DNA from: Eledone cirrhosa
Taxonomy: Eukaryota
DNA length: 64,000 nucleotides
Direction: 5' to 3'
NCBI GenBank assembly: GCA_964016885.1
Contig: OZ024746.1
Location: forward strand, 47,740,001-47,804,000
A program made the translations under genes and the position numbers. Below, in pieces: positions 55,394-64,000 of this stretch. The notes under the pieces were generated by a model, which saw only the letters and a program-made list of their open reading frames with translations, was not told the origin of the DNA and ran no database searches. Positions within the stretch are counted from its first letter, which is position 1. Every line of letters starts with the position of its first letter.

Positions 55394-56339
55394 GTTAGTA
55401 AAATACATTTTACATTTTTAATTATTTAAATTGATCAATGTTTCATGTTTTTAACAGGTAAAATCTTCCATAAATCCCATAAACAACTTCGCCCCGACTT
55501 GTGCCTCGTAGGGAAACTTTCTAGGTGAAAATCTCATTGTCATTCGTCACCGAAGTGAGTCTTTACCCTTTTATACTGAATTGATTCAGTCCAGTTATGA
55601 TAATTATATTTGTAATTCCCGGAGAGCTGTAGATATCAGATGGATTAGGAAGAGAGACAACCAGAAGAAGATCCGACGAATGTGTCATATTACCTTTGCT
55701 ATGCATCCTTTCTCCCCCACAAACTCGGTAGCATTGTCTGACCTGGGATTTCTAGTTGCTTCAAGTCTCTGGACTGAAATTCTTTCGGATTAAGTTCAGT
55801 TATCTTCATCAATGCCCAGATTCGTCCTAAGACTGTTCACCCTCTATTGAAGACAAGGGTTGACATATTACTCGTCTTGTTGCCGAATTGGTAAAGGATC
55901 GTAATCTGACAACATACCAGGAATACAGCTCCGTCAAATAGATTAGCTGTGGGTAAACATCATTTACAAACGGTAATCACATTGTCTCGCCTTCCAGGAA
56001 TCGTGGTAGATACTCCAGTCTCGGTATATGTCTGTGATTCCTTAACCACGCCTTACTGAGATCTCTGCACAAAGGTTGATGGCAGCAGAAGAACCTCCTG
56101 ACCAATGGACAGTGAAAAATGGGTGCGCATATCAATATTCTATCTAGATACTATCTTGTTGATCCGATGTGCTTTGTTTAAGTCCTCATCGTCACATTCG
56201 GAAACTCCAATCGCTTCCTGTCAATCTGTTGGTACTGCATGAGCAGATATACGCCACTGTTCTATATGATAATTTGACAAAATCCTAGATTAATAATAAT
56301 AACAGCATCATCATCATCAACAACAACAACAGTAATAAT

Positions 56340-56408
56340 AATAAAGCAATGCAAAAAATTGTTTTAACTCGTACGGCACAAATATTGAGAAGAACACTAT
56401 CGCTGTGA
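56340..56408 (+). mobile_element. Old Dong-type 3' fragment
   Basis: MQKIVLTRTAQILRRTLSL* resembles the RLE LINE C-terminus; follows (AAT/AAC)n. Confidence 0.55.
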
Positions 56409-56734
56409 AAAAGATAGATCTATGTATTCTTTTTACTTAACTTTATTAGATTACATTCCATAATTATGTAAGTTGTAAATAATTGATCACTCTTATATGA
56501 TTGAATATCATTCTATTGTAAATATGATTTTAAACAGATAACGTATGTATAAAACCAGTGATATACTTGTAACTGTACAAGTACTTGACGTGAACAATCT
56601 GGTGTGTTTTATATTGTGGCTTACCAATGTATGTAGTGCGCTTCTCTGCCCTAGGTGTCGGGAAGACACTCGGCAAGAAATTGAAACAAAACTGAAGGAA
56701 GAGGAAAAACAACAACAACAACAACAACAACCAC

Positions 56735-56780
<46 letters not shown>

Positions 56781-56783
56781 GTA

Positions 56784-58780
56784 ATGTTGACAAGCATTAT
56801 GTCTGAGGAAATCTACCATCACCTCCACACAAACAACTTGTTACCGGGCGAACAGAAAGGATGCCGAAAGAAGTCACGTGATACAAAGGACCAGTTACTT
56901 ATTGATAAGATGGTAATGAGGAATTGCAAGAGGAGACACACTGGTCTTGCCATGGGATGGATAGACTACAAAAAGGCATTTGACATGGTGCCTCATTCTT
57001 GGATCACCAAAAGCCTGGAGATCTTCAATGTGGCAGATAACATCAGACAGTTGTTGGGCAAAAGTATGAAGTCCTGGGAAACAGAGTTAACATCAGATGG
57101 AGAATCCTTGGGAGGCGTGAAGATCAAGAGAGGTATCTTCCAAGGAGATAGTCTGTCCTCTCTGTTGTTTGTCCTTGCCCTGATGCCCCTGACCAGTGTA
57201 CTGCGAAAAGTGAGAGCAGGATACAGGTTGGGAAAGGGAGGGCTTACCATCAATCACCTCCTCTTCATGGACGATCTTAAGCTCTTCGGGAAGAGTGAGA
57301 AGGAGTTGGATGTGCTTGTTGACACTGTCCGTATTTTCAGCAATGATATATGTATGCAATTTGGTATTAGTAAGTGTGGAGTCATTGTGATGAAGAGGAG
57401 TAAGTTGAGCAGAAGTAACGGAATCCAGGTACCAACAGGTGAGATGATAAAGGAAATTGACTCTGAAGAAGGATACAAGTATTTGGGCGTTCTGGAGGCT
57501 GATGACATCAAGAACAAAAAAATGAAGGAATTGATAAGAACTGAATACATTCGGAGAGTAAGGAGCGTATTAAAGTCACATCTGAACAGTAGGAATGCCA
57601 TAAGTGCAGTAAATTCCCGAGCTGTGTCTATTATTAGGTACAGTGCGGGAATTCTGAGATGGAATGTTGCTGAACAAAAAGAAATGGATAGGAAGACTAG
57701 GAAGCTATTGACTATCTACAACATGTTCCACAAGAGGAGTGATGTCGATAGACTCTACTTAAGGAGATCTGAAGGTGGAAGAGGTCTTATCAGCATAGAG
57801 GACTGTGTTCAGATGGAGAAAAACAACCTACACAAATACGTGACTGATAGTAAGGAGCCAATGCTCAGAACTGTACTGAAGGAGGAGACAATAGGCCAGG
57901 GGATGTCCAAGGAGGAAATAACATCAAGGAGAAAGAGCAGCCTTCAGGAAAAATCCCTTCATAGTACCTTCTTTGAGAAAACTGAATTTAGAGATCCACA
58001 TACATGGAAATGGTTGAAAAGAGGAGACCTTAAAAAGGCTACAGAAGGAATGTTAATGGCTGCGCAGGAGCAGGCCCTCAAAACGAAGTGGTTGAAACAC
58101 CATATTTACAAGGAGGAGGCTAGCCCACTGTGCAGGATCTGTGGAGAGAGAGAGAGGAGACTGTGGCTCACATAGTATCCGAGTGTAAACACCTAGCCCA
58201 GACTCACTATAAGGGCTGGAGACATGATGTGATGGGCAGGGTGATCCACTGGCACCTATGCAAAGTAAACAATTTGCCACATTCTGAGAAGTGGTATGAG
58301 CATAAGCCAGAGGCGGTGATAGAAAACGATCAGGTGAAGGTGCTGTGGGATTTTAGGATACAGACGGACAAGAAACTGGAACACAATAGACCTGACCTGG
58401 TGGTTGTGGACAAAGAAAAAAGATCGTGCCTGATTGTGGATGTGGCCTGCCCATTCGACACGAGAGTGCAAGAGAAGAAGAGGGAGAAAATTAACCGATA
58501 CCAGGACTTAAAGTGGGAGGTAAAAAGGATTTGGAACTGCTATGAAGTCAAAGTGATCCCGATTGTCATAGGCGCACTAGGGACTATCTCAAAAAGTTTC
58601 CAGGGATGGTTAAAGAAAATTGGCCCCTTCACGCTTTTTGGAACGCTTCAAATGGCATGCTTTCTGGGAACAGCAAGAACCCTCCGATACGTCCTGAATA
58701 TCTGAGGCTGCAGGTAGTGGCTTGATATTCATTTCAACAAACTTTCCAGTTAACTAACATCAATGACTGAGACTCAGAGT
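56784..58780 (+). mobile_element. 5'-truncated Dong/R4 RLE non-LTR retrotransposon in (TAA)n
   Basis: RT ([40 protein letters not shown]), CCHC, RHD, RPDLV..VDVACP. One frameshift in the (GA)n run near 58145-58157. (AAT)n at both ends. Confidence 0.95.
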
Positions 58781-58809
58781 AATAACAACAATCATAATAG
58801 TAATAATAA

Positions 58810-58937
58810 TAATTGTTTCTACTTTTGGCACAAGGCCAGCAATTACCCAGTGCATTACTGGTACTTTATTTTATCGACCCCGTAAGGATGAAAGGCAAAG
58901 TTAACCTCGGCGGGATTTGAGGTTAACTTTGCCTTAT

Positions 58938-58969
<32 letters not shown>

Positions 58970-59030
58970 TGTTTCTACTTTTGGCACAAGGCCAGCAATT
59001 ACACAGTACATTACTGGTACTTTATTTTAA
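58810..59030 (-). mobile_element. Two partial SINEs (further copies ~59298-59490, 62200-62290, 63440-63556)
   Basis: Reverse-complement consensus. Confidence 0.8.
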
Positions 59031-59034
59031 TCCT

Positions 59035-59255
59035 CATAGGCGACAAAATATCTACCAAGGAAATTAAGAAATTATCCAAATATAAAGATCTAGAGATAGC
59101 AATAACAGAAAAAAAATTCCCATTATAAATATGAACCCTGGAAATGATATAAAAACACACAGACAAATACATAATCAAAGCTTACAAATATATACAGCAT
59201 AGAGGAAATAGCACTCCAGTCACTGCACATATTATGAAGACTACCTTCAATACAA
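59035..59255 (+). mobile_element. Old Dong-type RLE C-terminal fragment
   Basis: KISTKEIKKLSKYKDLEIAI ... TAHIMK aligns with the K..KY.DL..E and GTA.ILR motifs. Confidence 0.6.
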
Positions 59256-61142
59256 CAGAAACAACAATCTTCAAAACCATACTGCATATACCCACATAAT
59301 AATGGTTTCTGATTTAAGCACAAAGCCAACAACTTTAGGGTGGGGCGATCCCAGTTCATTACTGATGTTTTATTTTTATCGACCCCAGATAGCTAAAAGT
59401 CAAAGCTAACCTCAGTGGAATTTGAACTTAAAATGTACAGAACCAGGACAAATGTCTTAACGTATTTTGTTTGACGAACTGACGATTCTATCCAAGAATA
59501 TTGCATTTGGAGTGGGGTGGAATTGAATCAACTACAGTTTTTAGCTGGTACTTAATTTACAGATCCTGGGATTGGGAAGATCACTGATGTAAAGGAAGAT
59601 CACTAGGGTGAGAAAAGGGGACGATGGAAGACGAAGTAGACCCGGTGGTGTTTGAATTTACACCGTACATGGAAGTAGCAAGACATTTTGTCTGATACAC
59701 CACCGACGGAGTCTGTCACCAGCACCACCACCACCACCACCGCCACCACCACCGCCGCCGCCACCACCATCACCACCATCACCAATAATGACAACAACAA
59801 CCAAAGGAAAACCACTGTTGATGGTTTAAGATGGTTGAAAGGAAATAACTAGCTTTCCATGCTGTATTGAATACATTGTTAGATGACATTGATCCTTGCT
59901 GGCCTGCCTCAGGTTGCTACCACCACCACCAGTTCTCTTTTTCTCATGCTATCTCTATTATCATTTGCGTCTTTCGCATCCTTACCCTCACACACACCAC
60001 CATCAACACCACCATGACCATCCCCGAACTCCACCACCCATCTCCCTCTTTCTTAAAATCTCTATTATCATTTACGTCTTTAGCACCCTCACTATCACTA
60101 TTACATCAACCCTCCCGCCACTAATATGATCAGAACTACATATGCCATTACAATTACCGTTACCATTAATCAAAAACCTTCTCATCAATAGGGTGGATCT
60201 ACATTTAAATAAGGTTTTTCCGCCATCATCTGAAATGTGCTTTAATCAATGGTATACTTTCACTTTACCTTGATTTCTAATGCTATCTGTTGTTCAACCC
60301 AGAACCTTCCACGCCCATTTCTATCACTTCAACACAACACATGATTACAGGTTCAAATCTGTGAATCATATAAGGAAAACTGAATGACATGTACAAACGT
60401 GGAGCCACGCCTACTTCCACCACCAGTTGAGACTGCTACTAATATAAATTATACACTTTTTCCCCTTTAATCTGAGAATACACACACACACACATACACA
60501 CACATACATCTCTCTCTATATATATATGTGTGTGCGTGTGCGTGTGGCTGTGTCTGTATATATATATATATATAAAAGAGAGAGCAACGAGCAACGCCCA
60601 CTCCCATAAAACATTTCATACTATGACACTTTTACAATGTAATTCCAAAGCTGTAGAATAAATCACGGGAATAAGCTCAGCTGAATGATATTTCAAAAAC
60701 GATCAATCGACCAATGAAAATTGCTGTGAAGTCAATCTAAATTAATGTGATAGAGAGGGAGGAGCTAAGAAATTGATACTTTAATTCTTATATCTTGTTT
60801 CGTTTTATTTTTCTCTTATTCGTCTTTCATTTTATTTTGTTGTTATTCTTCTGCTTTTCCTTATCGAAGAATTTGATGACAAATTCTTATTCTTTGGTAA
60901 TTGGTAATGATCCTCTCTGGTATAAGGTGGGCTTTATTTCTTCACTTTCATTGGTTCCAACTATTTCAGAACGTTAATTGCCTTCTCAAAACAGAATATT
61001 GATGTGGAATTTTCAAGACGTTTTCCGTTGGCATCAATATATAAAACAGCATTTATTTCTGAACAATGTCACCTTCTTTTGTCTTTATCATCATATCTTT
61101 GTTTTTTTTTTACATCTTGTTTTTGATTATTATTTTTAAAAG

Positions 61143-61178
<36 letters not shown>

Positions 61179-61305
61179 TGAATAAATCAATATATATATA
61201 TATTGATTTATTCATATTTTTTATTTATACTTGTTATATTTATTTTGTGCACACATTACATTCCTGCTGTATCAGTAGCAAGTAACACACACACACACAC
61301 ATACT

Positions 61306-61428
<123 letters not shown>

Positions 61429-61553
61429 ACTTCTGTGCAAAGCTTCGGAAAGTGATCGATCTATTTGAATATTTTTATATCGAACTACATCCAATCATCT
61501 AACGTCCAAATGCAATATATTATAAACGAGGTCACTTATACAAATAGATGAAG

Positions 61554-61585
<32 letters not shown>

Positions 61586-61929
61586 TTCATCAACACTGCC
61601 ACATGTATATTGTTTTATTCTTTTACAATTTTACTGGGTTCAGTAATCTGCTGCGTTCATGTTCTGGCACCGTTCCGATTTAGTCGTTCATATTGACCTT
61701 AGTACCTTTTTAAAGGTTGGTACTTATTGTAGCGATCTACTTTATAGAATCACTAAGTTACAGAACATAGACGCTGACAAACATGCACACACAAACACAC
61801 GCAAAAAACATACACACACACACACATACACGCACACACACACATGCGCAAGAATCGCTGGATAGATTTCACGGCCAAAGCCAACCGGTAGGAGACTCAG
61901 AGATAGATAACTTGTAAAATGGATGAATA

Positions 61930-62182
61930 ACATCCATGAGCTTCCTTGGGCTCGTTTAGAGATCCAGCCGGATCAACTGAAGATAATCGGGAAGGCATAT
62001 AATTGAACTCTGCCTCCACGACCCTTCCAGGAATAAGCACCTATGAGCTTAGTTGGTCTCGCTTGGGGATCCAGTCGGATGATTTGGAGATATTTGCTTC
62101 TGACTCTTGTGCTTGAGGACTCTGCCCCTATGATACTCCCATGAATAAGGGAGTAAAGAAGAAGAAGAATAAGAAGAAGAAG
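61930..62182 (+). mobile_element. Probable decayed RTE 3' end with (AAG)n tail
   Basis: GC-richer segment with SWSRLGIQSDDLEIFASD ending in (AAG)n. Confidence 0.35.
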
Positions 62183-62811
62183 ACACAAGTCCAACACATT
62201 TGGGGGTGGTTGAACTTAGACTGTAAAGAACTGCAACTAAATGCCGTAAATCCCCTGGTCCGACGCTCTAATAATTTTGCCAATCCACCTCTAGAACAGT
62301 CGAGCTAATGGATGTTATGTAACCATTGTACCCGTAGCCTACCTCTGGGTCTCCTGTCGGTTGGTTTTGAAGATAGCGAGTTTCACTTTTACACCTACTT
62401 CCCTTCTAATTACCGAATGCTGAAGTTGGCACATTACTACACAAGCTCTTGAAATTCATGCACTTAATTAATCACTCTTGAACATGTCCCGAGATACTTC
62501 TACTTCTCCAGCTGCTTCAGTGTAACTCCATTCACGTGTAGAGTGCACTACGTAGGTTTCCATGGGCGGACAAGTGTCTCAGTCTTTGTGACACTGATTT
62601 TCATTTCTATCGCGCAACACTCGGAAGTAAACCTATCAAGTGCATGTCTGAATGTCTGAGATTATTTATATATATATATATATATCGATATATGGTTGAC
62701 GGCTGAGAGAAAGGAATACTATATAATATTAACTATATATATATATATATATATATATCAAGCCTTAATATCTCTTCGTTGTACAGTGTCGCTTTGTTAT
62801 TTTTGTTTATA

Positions 62812-62872
62812 TATATAACAGGCTGAATGAGTTGGGATGTATAACCCAACGAAACTTAAGTTACCCGTATAT
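62812..62872 (+). ncRNA. Degenerate hammerhead motif (1-nt core insertion)
   Basis: ACAGG-CTGAATGA-GTTGGG...CCCAAC-GAAA-CTTAAG-TT-ACCCGT: palindromic stem III ACTTAAGT. Confidence 0.5.
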
Positions 62873-62886
62873 GTCACTGTTGTAAC

Positions 62887-62977
<91 letters not shown>

Positions 62978-63714
62978 TGAGCGACCACGTAGAGGCTCCC
63001 TTATTGGCTCGTGTTCTTAGTGTTCAAGTGTTTATTATATCGGTTGATAGTGCTGTTGATGATGATGCTAATTTATATTGGGATTGGTATTGTCTGGCCG
63101 ATGGTATACAACCACTGGCATGCACCAGTCAGCCAGCTTGTCCTTTCTCATTTGAGATAGTGGGGTGTGATTTTAAGTAAACTTGTCTGCATATTTCTAA
63201 CATGTCAAATAAGCACATTGCGACTATCACCCCCCGTAGTCATTGTTGTTCTTGATATTTTGCTATGTAACATTAACCTTTTTATACCAACCTACTCGAG
63301 ACCTTTTATAGTTATATGATATATAAATGCTGATGTTTTGAATTGTTTATTGTTTTTATTTTGAAACCTTCTGTCACAATTTTATATAAACACTTTATGT
63401 TTGACATATACCATTAAGCCGTCCGTTATCGATCCACTGTGAAATTAAGCTTGAGTTTGCCGTTGTTGGCTTATCTAGCATGATTGCAGCTCTATGTGTT
63501 CTATGCCGCAAAACATTTTGGCTGACGCTATACTGATACTGACAACTGACCGCCCTAAACTCTATCTTAATGAAAAGGTCATTTATTTAACAAAATCCTT
63601 CAAAATGTGTGACTATTTACAAAATTAAGAGAAAACCAGGAGGTATTATTCAATTAAAATATGATCACAGAAAGTTTAAATCATTGTCAACTTGTATTCT
63701 GTTTTCTATCCAAG

Positions 63715-63937
63715 GCATTGGTCTATCAATCTTCGTGATTTCCACCTATGTAGCTTTCTACTACAATACGATTATAGCATGGTCGGTTTATTACCTGTTT
63801 TCATCATTTAACGCCGAAGTACCTTGGCTAAGTTGTAATAACACCTGGAACACTGATAATTGTACGACATTCGAACAACGACGGAACCAATCATTACCAG
63901 CGAATATGTCCACTGCTTCAGCACAAGAATTCTTTGA
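63715..63937 (+). CDS. SLC6A4: SERT-like exon (TM3 and EL2), 223 nt; gene continues beyond the window
   Basis: Boundaries ttctatccaAG| ... GA|GTAAGT. Translates (G)IGLSIFVISTYVAFYYNTIIAWSVYYLFSSFNAEVPWLSCNNTWNTDNCTTFEQRRNQSLPANMSTASAQEFF, with the EL2 Cys pair and N-glycosylation sequons. Confidence 0.95.
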
Positions 63938-64000
63938 GTAAGTATGAATAATTTTCAGGTAATATGAATATTCTTTCACTGGTATGATATTTAAATTCAT

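Noticed and set aside
55600-56230. GC-richer segment, possibly an exon or an RTE relic
   Set aside because: No SLC6 similarity (the flanking exons already join in phase) and no clean motif could be read.

Overview
Eukaryotic, AT- and microsatellite-rich DNA, most likely from an octopus or other coleoid cephalopod (inferred from the tRNA/Nin-type SINEs, Dong/R4 LINEs and repeat style). The only host gene is a + strand SLC6 monoamine transporter most like the serotonin transporter (SERT/SLC6A4). It has three coding exons (12114/12120-12309, 55259-55393, 63715-63937) separated by 43 kb and 8.3 kb introns, and continues past the window end. The rest is repeats: over 25 SINE copies, two R4/Dong-type RLE LINE families each associated with its own microsatellite ((CATA)n or (TAA)n), RTE and CRE fragments, a Penelope-like GIY-YIG fragment, and hAT and pogo MITEs. 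The main hidden signal is about 20 type-I hammerhead ribozyme motifs from at least 8 sequence families, many with palindromic stem III. They sit in palindromes, inverted repeats and one 466-nt tandem (retrozyme-like) repeat, and include long-stem-II variants and a U3-A8 core variant. All structures were folded by eye; none was tested computationally or experimentally.
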